A DNA stretch of 63,340 nt, filler included, from Guillardia theta CCMP2712 (lineage: Eukaryota; Protista; Cryptophyta), in assembly GCF_000315625.1 (NCBI RefSeq). It is 7 parts of 7 records of this genome, joined end to end, with 100 filler letters (N's around TTAATTAATTAA, not from the genome) between each part and the next. Parts side by side here need not be neighbours in the genome. Positions count along the whole stretch, not along the records: positions 24,225 to 31,209 come from NW_005434226.1; positions 31,310 to 40,547 come from NW_005434564.1; 5 more parts are not named here. The stretch is one strand, 5' to 3'. Both the position numbers and the translations under genes were made by a program. Of this stretch, positions 25,218-35,520 are shown in pieces. The notes under the pieces were generated by a model, which had not been told where the DNA came from, made no database searches, and saw only the letters and a program-made list of their open reading frames with translations. Every line of letters starts with the position of its first letter. The stretch's first letter is position 1.

Positions 25218-27625
25218 TTAGAACAAGAAACTGTCCCACACATGATCATTCTGTTCGCCATAAACAGGCATGTCTTGAAAGAAGCTTTCTTCCTCTCTCA
25301 GCAGCTCCGACCCAAACATCTCTCCGCTTCCCATCTCCGCCTCCTCCTGCCATCCCTCGAATGCAGGAGCAGGGATGTACTCGGCCTCCTGCTTCACGGG
25401 CATGTGCGTGCAATCCCCGCAAGGGGAGAAAGCGACGGAAGGCATTAGGTTGAGAGTCTCCTCGCTGACCGCCTGCTGCATCTGCGGGTGAGGACGGAGA
25501 GAGGAGAAGCCAAGGTCGCGCTTGACACCCTTGATGATGTGATAGACGAGCATCATCGAGGAGAACTTGGCGAACTGAAGCTCCTCGAACCGATAGTTGT
25601 TCACCTCCTGCAGCTTGTACCACTCGTTTCTGTTCATCGCCACCAGCCCAGTCTTCTCCCCGTCCTTCTCCTCCTCCATGCGGCCACTTGAAAGACCCAG
25701 AAGTACGCGGAGGGTCACTTGGGAGGAGGAGGCGCTCTCCTGCAAGAATGAGTGGATCACTCCCTTTTGCTGCGCGCAGGATAGCATGTGCGAGCATGCT
25801 GCGACTGCCTTGTCGATGGAGAACCAGCCGCCAGCCCCGCGAGCGAAGAAGAGAGACTGCGAAGGGTCTGACCCCGCATGAAGGTGCAGGCGAGCTGAGC
25901 TGAATCCCAGGGTGCGAGCATAGCGCAGGTAAGCCTCCATCACTGCGCTCTCTACCCTCGTCGCCTCCCCAACCTCCATCTGCTCATACAGCCCGTTGCT
26001 GTCCACGTGCGTCACTTCCACGCGCCCCGAGCCATCAGAGCAGCGGATCTCTTCGACGAACATGGTGAAGAAGAGCAGGTCCGACCCAATGAGCGTGTGC
26101 TGGAACGCGCAGATAGTCTTGCTCCTCACTTTCTCCTGCACCTTCTTGCCCCGCACCTTCGCCTCCCTCGACGTCTCACTGTTCGCGACAACCTTCACCA
26201 CGACGCTCCTGTCCTGGCGAGCCACTGCCTGCACAGACGAGGAGAGAAAGTCGCTGAGGGGGCAGGACTCGATGCTGGGAGAGGTCGGGTAGCAGGGCTT
26301 GCGCTGCCTGCGGTTGAGCTGGCGGGAGCCCTTCTTGCGGCACCCGGGGGTGCGGCAGAAGAAGCGGACGCTCTTGCCGTGAGCAGCCTCGTTGAAGAGC
26401 ACGCAGATCTGATGATACCAAGAGCCGCAGCCGTCGCACTTCACCCATCGATCGTCCTCCCGCGGCAAACCGGGCACATGGCGCTTTCATCGTCGTCCTC
26501 AAGAAACTCACGCGGGTCCGCACCATGCAGAGTCTCGGTCCTCTTGCGCTTCGCCGGCATGTTGGTCTTATCACACTGAGCCTGCAGGGGCCTCTTGGGA
26601 GGGACGGGGAGAGCGACGGGCTCCATGTCATCCTCGAGCTCAACAGCGGGAACGTGCGACTTCTTGGGAGCTCTGATGGTGCATTCGGGAGCGAAGGAGA
26701 GGGAGCACTTGACGTCGAACTCGTCGACAAGGGCCTTGACCTTGTCGCCCAGGCTCTTGGCGTCTTTGTCGCTCATGTAGGATCTCATCAGATGCAGCAA
26801 CTTCGCCTTCCCCTCGGCGGGGAGCAGGTGACGCAGCTGTTGAAAGACAAACTTCATGTACGCCGACTGCTTCATGCCCTCGGGATGACCAGCAACGCAT
26901 CCTGCGGTCTCGTACTGCCTACGCTTGACCTCGGGCACGCGCTTCTCGCTCCACCATCGCATAAGCTCCCTCTCAGCATCCGATGGCTCAACAACCTTGG
27001 GCTTCCTCACGCGGGCAGGAGGCGCCGGCTTGCTGCGGACATCTCCGAAGCTGATGGCTGGTAGGGGAGCAGGAGCTTGAGCGCTGGTGTGATCACGAAC
27101 AGGAAACTTGTTGACGTAGCTGTTATAGGAAGCAGCAGGAGCAATTCCAGCAAGGGCGCGGAGCTCTGCCATGTCGTCGGCAGAGGCAAGCTCTCCCTTG
27201 GGAGAGTCTCGCTGCTCGCTGAAGAGAGTCTGAAGCGTAGCTGACTGAGACATCATGGAGCGAAGGAAGGCAAGCACATCGCTGGCGGACATGCGGTTGC
27301 TCTGTCATCAAGTCAGCATCAAGGAGGAGAAGAAACAGGAGAAGAGGGAGAGGACAAGAGAGTGGAAGAAGGTCACCTTGTAGCAGTCCAAGCATGACTC
27401 AATCGCCTTCTTGGTGCCCGTGTGGGTCTCCAGCATCACTTGCTTCATCGCCTGCCACGTGAGGGGCGCTGGCAGCTCACGCTCGGGAGCAGCATTGCTC
27501 TTTGAGTGCGCTTTCATGTGATAGTCTGGCTCGTACTGATGCTCCGGAAAGAGAGTCTTGATGGAGGAGGCTTGATGAAACCCCGACGAGAAGTCATAGC
27601 TCATGGAGTTTGCACTTGAGTACAT
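25218..27625 (-). CDS. p300/CBP-like protein: PHD finger plus degenerate KAT11 HAT domain; one intron and a 1-nt frameshift at about 26460
   Basis: CPVC...WVKCDGCGSWYHQICVLFN; DLLFFTMFVEE; AYLRYARTLGF; NNYRFEELQFAKFSSMMLVYHI resembles the end of the p300/plant HAC HAT domain. Confidence 0.75.
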
Positions 27626-29097
27626 GCTCGCAAGGTTGATGGAAGATGAAGGGCTTTCAAGACGAGGATGCGATTGACCGAGAGGGATCAACAAGGAGCA
27701 GCAGGAAGAACAAGTCTCTGGCAGCGATGTTTGCCGTCGGCTTCTTCTTCCGCGCCACCCCGAGGGAATAATATGGAGACGCCCCCCTTTAAAAACTATT
27801 TTATATGAGAACCGAAATCAGAGTCCGTGGCACTCTGCTTGGTACAAATTAAAATTGTATAAATGTATATATCTGTTTTACATAGCGTAAAAGTATTAAG
27901 TTGGGGACAATAATAGGGGAGACAATCCGCTGACATCTCAACTTTTGGTATCTGGACTCTCAGGGGCTCTGAAACATTGCTTTTTCGATTCTATTTGCGC
28001 CTTACTGTGTTGCGTGTTTACTGTCAGTTTGCTTCTCGTTTTCGTTTTGGTCTTATGATTAGAAAAATCTCAATGTTTTGTTTTAATATTATTACGCATA
28101 TGTTCAAACTATTTTAGTTTTCGGAGCTGCGATATCGACAACTTGCAATGGAATGTGCTGACATGTGACATGTGACCTTAATGCTTACAAGGATTTTACC
28201 TAAAACCCCTCCCTACCTTTTTCTGAAAAATCTCGTTCAGTACCCCTGCAAACTAGAGATCTCAGCCCTCAACTACACCCGTACCAGTCTACACACTTGT
28301 ACCCCCCACCCCCATGTCCGTACCCCTGGTATCTCCCCTAAGATAGACCCATGCTGTACAGAGAATGTGGATCGTAGCTGTGACGGGGCTTGCTTGCAGG
28401 GGTAGGGGGTGGGGTGGAGCTCGTTGGTCAGCATGTGGCGGCTGAATGGTCGGAGGCCACGGACTGGGGCAAAGAGGCTGAAGGCCTGCAAGAGAAACAA
28501 TGGGGGGGTTGAGCAACTCCCTTCAAGTCCAGGGAGTAGACCAGGGGGTAGGGGTACCTGTGGGGCGGTGTAAGCCGATAAGATCGAGTTACAGTAGTGC
28601 GAGTCCGCCTCGTCCCTTGGTCGAGATATTTCTAGAGACATCGAGAAGCCTCCAGACAGCCCAGCCCTGCAACGATCAGCGAGAGCTCGGGGGTGGGGGT
28701 ACTTGCAGTCAAATGTGGGGGTAGGCTCGAAAAAGGTCTTCAAGGCTGACATTTTACAGCATGTGTCCTAGCTCGGTCCGAGTATCGTATCAATTGCTAT
28801 GGGGTATTGGTCCTAGCAACTGCATGGGCTTCCATGGAAGGGAGTCGACTGTAGCACATCAACAGCAGGGGGTAGGGGTGGTGAGGGTTGCTGATATATG
28901 GACGGGTACAAGTAGGGCCATTCAAGGGTAGGGGTCCATATAAGCATGATTGACAGAGTAGTTGGGGGGTGGAAGGTGGCAACAAAGAGTGTCAGTGTGG
29001 GGAAGAGGGCCTGAAGATGAGCGGGGAGGAGGGCTGGGAGGAGGGTGCCAAAAATGCATGAGCGAGATCAGCAGCAATGCTGACCAACTTGAGACGT

Positions 29098-29250
29098 GAC
29101 GATGATGACGATGACGACGATGACGATGATGATGACGATGACCTTTACTAACACGATGATGACGATGACGATGATGATGACGATGATGATGATGACGACG
29201 ATGATGATGATGATCACGATGATGATGACCTTTACTAACACGATGACGAC
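29098..29250 (+). repeat. (GAT/GAC)n microsatellite with a duplicated ACCTTTACTAACACG interruption
   Basis: Read directly from the sequence. Confidence 0.9.
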
Positions 29251-29821
29251 AAGCTTTGTTGTTGCTGACTCGTCATTGCAATCTGTGTCAATGCTTCAAT
29301 TTTTAATTCAGAAAGCGGGAGTGGGCGAGGTATTGGGACGAGTTTTGATGATCAAGACGCGATGGCATGAGGAGTAGAGTGAGGGGACGGTGAAGAGACA
29401 GTTGCGCATAAGGTGATCAACTAGATTGGCAGACATTACATGAGAGCGGAGATGGGATGGGGATAGGTTTTCAAATGGTTGCAGGATAAACAGTACAGTT
29501 TAACTTGCAAAACTGTTGGATATGGTATGTTGGATGTTTGTTTTGTATGTTTTTGATATCATCGTTTGGTTAACGACGATGATGACCCTGACCCTGACCC
29601 TGACGACACTGAAGACGATCATTATGTAGATGGTCATGGAGATCACTTGTGACATCCTTGATCTTGGATTCTTGTTCTGAGTCTTGCCTTGTGTTGGAGG
29701 ACTGCCATGTCTGCAAGTGACGGCCGCGTGACTCAAGCAGGGTCGCGTGATAAGATGATAGCCTCGATCGTGCTTGTGAGGATAGTTGAGCGAAGAGAAG
29801 AGGTGAAAGTATTAGGAGAGT

Positions 29822-30023
29822 AGGAGAGGTGAGAGGAGACAAGAGGAGGTGAGAGAAGAGAAGAGGAGGTGAGAGGAGACAAGAGGAGGTGAGAGAAGAG
29901 AAGAGGAGGTGAGAGAAGAGAAGAGGAGGTGAGAGAAGAGAAGAGGAGGTGAGAGGAGAGAAGAGGAGGTGAGAGGAGAGAAGAGGAGGTGAGAGAAGAG
30001 AAGAGGAGGTGAGAGAAGAGAAG
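29822..30023 (+). repeat. 20-bp purine-rich minisatellite (AAGAGGAGGTGAGAGRAGAS), about 10 copies
   Basis: Read directly from the sequence. Confidence 0.85.
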
Positions 30024-31309
30024 TCCCAGTCAGTCTCTTTCCCCTGCGCATCTCTCTCAGTCTCGATTCTCAGTCTTTCGTAGTTGTAGTGGTTCTGCTT
30101 CTGCCGCTTCTCACCAGCACGGCTGGTCAACGTACGAAGAACCCAGGAGAACCATGACTGATGTCTGCGAGTGACGCCAATAAACTTCAAGTAACTTGCA
30201 TCTCTCACTTGAGCCTTCCGACTCAGTCACTCATCTCGCCGGCAGCCACCGGGCCCCGGCGGCGGGCTTTCAAGCCGTGCCACTCCGACAGTTCGTGAGG
30301 CTCCGGGAGGCTCGCCCGATCGGACTCCGCCAAGTCTACAGTGAGTGAAGCCTTGAAGTGACACTGAGTCCGATCGGACGGACCATGGCCCAGTGGATCA
30401 TCCGAGGGATCGCCGGCATGCGGAGTCCGAAAGTTTCGTACCGTAGCGGTCTCAAGTTTCGGGCGGCTCGAGTCACCCTCCACCTGTGTCACTGATCAGT
30501 GAAGCGGCGGGCTTCCGAGCCGCGCTACTTAGTAGGGCCCGGCGATAGTCCTCAGTCAAGCATCCGATCAGCTCCTTCAGCGCCATCAACACAAGCCGCG
30601 CCGACACATCCGATCATAGTACACTCCCACACGCACACGGGTCACCGTTCGCCGCCCGGCACCGTCACTGTGACTGCCCGGCCGGTGGCAGTGAGCCTGT
30701 TCAGTCACCCGTCACATAGCGGACGGGCCGGGAGGCTCCGCCGGGAGTCGGACGGTCGGACCGCCGGATGAGCCGACTCGACCGGGGGCCCCGGCCCGGC
30801 GAGGCTGAGCCGGCGGGCCCGCCGGACCTGCCCGAGGTGAGCTCGGACGGGAGACTCATAAAGTTCTTCCCGTCATGGCTCGCGGCCTTGCATGCTCTCC
30901 CTTGCTCCTCCTGCTCCTCCTTCGCCTCTCCCTCGCCTTCTCCTTCCTCCCATGCCCGCTCCTTCTCCGTCTCTCGTCACCCTTCACATCCCTCTGCTCC
31001 TCCTCCTCCCCGTCGTCGTTGCGGACGAGACCGGCCGTCGCATCTCTTTGTGCCCGCACAGGGGACGAGGGAAGGAGAGGAAGGTCAGGCAAAGGCAGGA
31101 CGCTAAGGTGAGAGGGGAAGGAGGAGGGAGGCGAAGGCTGGGCAAATCATGAAGGAGGTTGCAGGGTGAGGATAGACGACATGCATGAGGGGATGGAGCT
31201 AGAGGGCATNNNNNNNNNNNNNNNNNNNNNNNNNNNNNNNNNNNNNNNNNNNNTTAATTAATTAANNNNNNNNNNNNNNNNNNNNNNNNNNNNNNNNNNN
31301 NNNNNNNNN

Positions 31310-33825
31310 CATCTCTGCGAATTTACTCAGTGCTATGAACAGGAGGCTAAGAGATCGACGCTCTATGTCGTCGCTCTCCGCCTCCTGCTCAAGCTCAGCA
31401 GCTGCCGTTGCCCGTGGCGAGAACGCGCTGCCCCTCCTTGCCTTCTTGCTCTCTCCTTGCACGCGAGTCCAGCGCTTGCTCTGCAGCCACTTCCCCAGCT
31501 TCTCCTTGAGCGCGTTGCGTCCCACTCCCTGCTCCTCTGGCATCTTCGCCCACTCTCCCAGCGCCATGAACTCCAGGCTCCCCGGAGAGTAGAACGTGTC
31601 GTGGAGGTTGCCAACGGCCTTGTCCAGGACCAGCTTGATCGGCTCGCTCGTCCCCGCCTCGTTCAAAGAAGCTGCATCTTCGATGACTGCTGACAGCTCG
31701 CTGACGAGCTGCATGTCCTCTTGGCTTGACGGAGATGCTGCCTCCATTGTGATCCTCTCCAGGTCTGTAAACTCCAGCCACTCTCCCTCGCTCTCCTCCT
31801 GTCGCTGCGCTGCGTCGCTGGTGCCCCGCTGACCAGCCGCCTCAGAGTCAGGCTCCTTGTCGAAGCCGACTGCTTCGAGCTTGGTTGCTGCGCCTTCGAG
31901 ATAGAAGGGCAGCTCCTTCATCATGCGTCGAGCATCCTCCGTGGAGCCGAGGAGGATGCATAGCTTGGACCCGTTCCAGGACTTGGTGTTCAAATCCTCC
32001 TCCATGTCGATGCCTTCAACGTTGATCTCGAGCCTGTTAGCGATCTCCAACAAGACTCTCTTGACTCTTGCGATAGACGTGTTGCCGCCGTTGCACAGCC
32101 CCTCCATCTCCTTCCTCGTGAAGCGACCAGATGCCGCCGTCGACTTGATGATGATCTTGATCTCCTTGCCGTCCTTGCCGCCTGCCTTCTTCTGCATCCT
32201 TGATGCCTTCTTCAACTTATTTCTGGACACAAAGCGATCAGCTGTCAACTCGACTGCGAGCGCCTCTCTGATCTTCGGGTCCTCGCTGAACAGAGTCAGG
32301 TGTACTCCCTCCATCGCTTCGCTCTCTCGGAAAGCTCGAAATGCTGTATCATTCGCCTCTGGGCAGCTCGAGGAGACGATCCACTCCACCTCCCTCTGTC
32401 TCCAGATGACGTTGGCCCCTACAGCGATGAAGCCTTTCTGACCTAAGCCTTTGTGGACTTGCTGTCCTGGCGCCCCAGCGACCAGCATGCCTGCCAGCGG
32501 CTGGAGTTGGACCGCTGCAAGGGACTGGCGCAGCAGCTGATAGCGATAGACGGCAGCTATCTCAGCCGTTGTCATGCCGCCCAAAGGTTAACAAGTGGGT
32601 CAGCTCTGCCAAGCTGCCCCCTTTGCCCCAGGGTCCTCTTCTTGGCTCGAATCTTGAAAGATCGATCGTGCACGATGCTCACATGTACAGCTGTGAACTT
32701 GCGACCATCGATCGCGAAGTCCTCTCTTCCCTGCCAGAGCTTCTCCGCTTGTGCATTGCGGAGGAAGGAAACAGTCACCGGGATCTCCTCAGCACTCGCT
32801 ATCTCGGGTCTATACGGAGCCTTCCACATGATTGCTTTACTCTCTTGCACTGAGTCTACGATCAGCCCGATCTCTTCAAATTTCTTCTTCAGCTTTTCTT
32901 CATGGTTGACATACACCGAGGAGATGCCCAGGAGAGTCATGGAGATGAAGGAAGTCACCTCGTTGCCTGCTGAGGCGGTGTATGTCTCGACCTTCTCCTT
33001 CTTGGCTTCTTCAATCTGCTGCATAAACCACTCTCTGGATGCGTCACTCCATCCAGTCATCGCTTCTTGCAGAAGCTCACGTCGTGCCTGCTGACATGTC
33101 GAGCGGATGGCTTCTGCGATAGCGTCGGGGCTGCATCCCTCCACAGCCTTGCAAGCCTGGGCTGTCCTGCTGTTCGGATAACGCTTCGCGAAGCTCTTCA
33201 CCCTCTCGACGAGATCAGCTTCGAGGACAGAGGCATCCACAAGTCCGCTCTGCGTGTATTGGCATGATCTCCGATACAGCAGGTTGCGAACATTTTCATC
33301 ATACTGAAGAACCATACTTAGAAAGCTATTTGAAGTATACAAACCTCTCGCTTGCAGCTTCCTTGGCGCCCTGGCAGCTTCCCCTACACCACGCGTGCAG
33401 CCATGGTGCCTGAAATAACCGGCGCTGGTGCCTGAAATAACCGGCGCTGGTGCCTGAAATAACCGGCGCTGGTGCCTGAAATAACCGGCGCTGGTGCCTG
33501 AAATAACCGGCGCTGGTGCCTGAAATAACCGGCGCTGGTGCCTGAAATAACCGGCGCTGGTGCCTGAAATATACGGCGCTGGTGCCTGAAATAACCGGCG
33601 CTGGTGCCTGAAATAACCGGCGCTGGTGCCTGAAATAACCGGCGCTGGTGCCTGAAATAACCGGCGCTGGTGCCTGAAATAACCGGCGCTGGTGCCTGAA
33701 ATAACCGGCGCTGGTGCCTGAAATAACCGGCGCTGGTGCCTGAAATAACCGGCGCTGGTGCCTGAAATAACCGGCGCTGGTGCCTGAAATAACCGGCGCT
33801 GGTGCCTGAAATAACCGGCGCTGGT
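31310..33825 (-). mobile_element. Putative 5' half of a non-LTR retrotransposon: 22-bp monomer array plus long intronless ORF1-like frame, truncated by the contig end
   Basis: ORFs 32572-33342 and 31310-32584 join with one extra nt in a T run; ATG at 33404 in GGCACCATGG context; RRM-like segments (LKKKFEEIGLIVDSV...VTVSFLRNAQAEKLWQGREDFAIDGRKF and KLCILLGSTEDARRMMKELPFYLEG); no RT inside the contig. Confidence 0.5.
33405..33825 (+). repeat. Tandem array of GGTGCCTGAAATAACCGGCGCT (22 bp, about 19 copies)
   Basis: Near-perfect copies with one variant (AAATATACGG) at about 33570. Confidence 0.95.
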
Positions 33826-34036
33826 CCCAAACCCCTACCCTAAACCCTAAACCCTAAACCCTAACCCTAAACCCTAAACCCTAAACCCTAAACCCTAAAC
33901 CCTAAACCCTAAACCCTAAACCCTAAACCCTAAACCCTAAACCCTAAACCCTAAACCCTAAACCCTAAACCCTAAACCCTAAACCCTAAACCCTAAACCC
34001 TAAACCCTAAACCCTAAACCCTAAACCCTAAACCCT
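33826..34036 (+). repeat. Telomeric repeat tract (CCCTAAA)n, about 28 units, internal to the contig
   Basis: Arabidopsis-type TTTAGGG repeat on the minus strand, with degenerate units at both junctions. Confidence 0.95.
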
Positions 34037-34059
34037 TAACGCTCCCCATTTGATCTCAA

Positions 34060-34600
34060 AAGCTACCGCTTTTGCTGCGACAAGTTCGCCGCTTGAACCA
34101 AGTCGTCTTGAATCAGCAGACCGCCCGGCAACTCCTACCGTCGATGAGATGTTGGAAAAGATCGCCGACACAGTCCGTCAAGGCAAAGCCCGTTTCAAAA
34201 CCGATGAGCAGCTACGTGTTCCTGATCGCCGATATCTCGCGTTCATTACACCGATTGGTCACTACCAATACAAGCGCCTACCATTTGGATTCATCACTGC
34301 CAGCAGCATATTCCAAGGATTCATCCAGCAGGTTCTCCATGATCTACCCCACACGTTTGCATACATCGACGACATCGTCATCGCTACGTATTCCACCTGG
34401 GAAGCTCATACAGATCACGTTCGCGCCGTGCTTCAACGCTGTCGCGAGCATCAGGTCTTCCTTAAGAGAGACTGAAAGCGCAATTCTTTCGCACTAGTGT
34501 TGACTTCTTAGGTCACCGTGTCTCCGCTGACGGCGTGACGACCCAACACTCCAAGACGGCGGCTATCTCCGCGTGGCCGCTACCGACCGTCCCGACTCAG
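34060..34600 (+). mobile_element. Degenerate Ty3/Gypsy reverse transcriptase fragment
   Basis: YRFCCD..RRLN, AFITPIGHYQYKRLPFG, FAYIDDIVI, then after a frameshift VDFLGHRVSADGV...AISAWPLP; internal deletions and frameshifts. Confidence 0.85.
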
Positions 34601-35520
34601 AGACTAAAAGTTTCCTTAGCCTCAGCCTCACACGGTCACCTGGCAGGAGAGTTGCCGCTCGAGTCTCCTCCCCATGGCCTTCGGTCGCCACCCGGTGACC
34701 TAATCCTCCTCCCGGGCCATTCAGCTTCCGCTCAGGCCTTCGAGTCCCCCTCTAAATGAACCCTAAACCCTAAGGAGTCATGCTATCGGCTCAAGGAACC
34801 GGTCGGAAGTTCGGCCGCGCAGAAGTCAAACTTGAAGCTTATTACTGCAGTGAGGCCCACTGAGCAATTTTTTTCTTCTTCGAAGTTCCCGCCGGTGTCA
34901 GGCCCTCAAGAATCCTCCGTCACGAGTACCGGCATCCTGATAATGTCCTCGTACTGATCGGATTTTTGACTTAAAACTTTGAGTAAACACACTGAGACAC
35001 ACACTAGTACTAGCACTGCAACTGCCGAAGTTACGCGTAACTTCGAAGAAATCACTCAATACTACACTGCTACTACTGCGTCAACTCACGAGTGGTACCC
35101 GAGAATGATCTTTTCTTTTTTTGGGGTCCAAATACTGCATGTTGACTTGGAATGAATCTGTAAATATGTTGTAATGAATAAACATTTTGCTTATTCATTT
35201 CAAATTGACAGTGAATAATTGGTAAAATGACCTTACCAATTGAACAAAAGCATTAGGCGTACGGAATTGTCAGGGGGAGGGAGGAAGAAGCACAGAGCGT
35301 GAGGGAAGTGAGGTCAAAGATGGGTGAAAGAGGTAGCACAGCTCATTGTTGGGAAACAGCTAATGCTGGCATAGTGAAGGAAACGAAAGAGACAGTTAAT
35401 GCTGGCATAGAGAAGGAAGCGAGCAATGTCTGATGCACACAGGAACATTTGTTGTGTTGGAATTCTAAAAACTTTTTGGGTTTAGGTAACCTGCTTGTCC
35501 GCTCCGGTTCGCCGAAACTG

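Noticed and set aside
33384-33830. 148-aa repeat protein (APVISGTSAGYFRHQRRLFQ)n
   Set aside because: By-product of a stop-free 22-bp DNA repeat read through all three frames; starts at TTG in the telomere junction.
34050-34600. The Gypsy RT as the polymerase of the telomere-adjacent element
   Set aside because: Opposite strand, other side of the telomere tract, LTR-class motifs and degenerate; a LINE-like ORF1 would need a downstream non-LTR RT.
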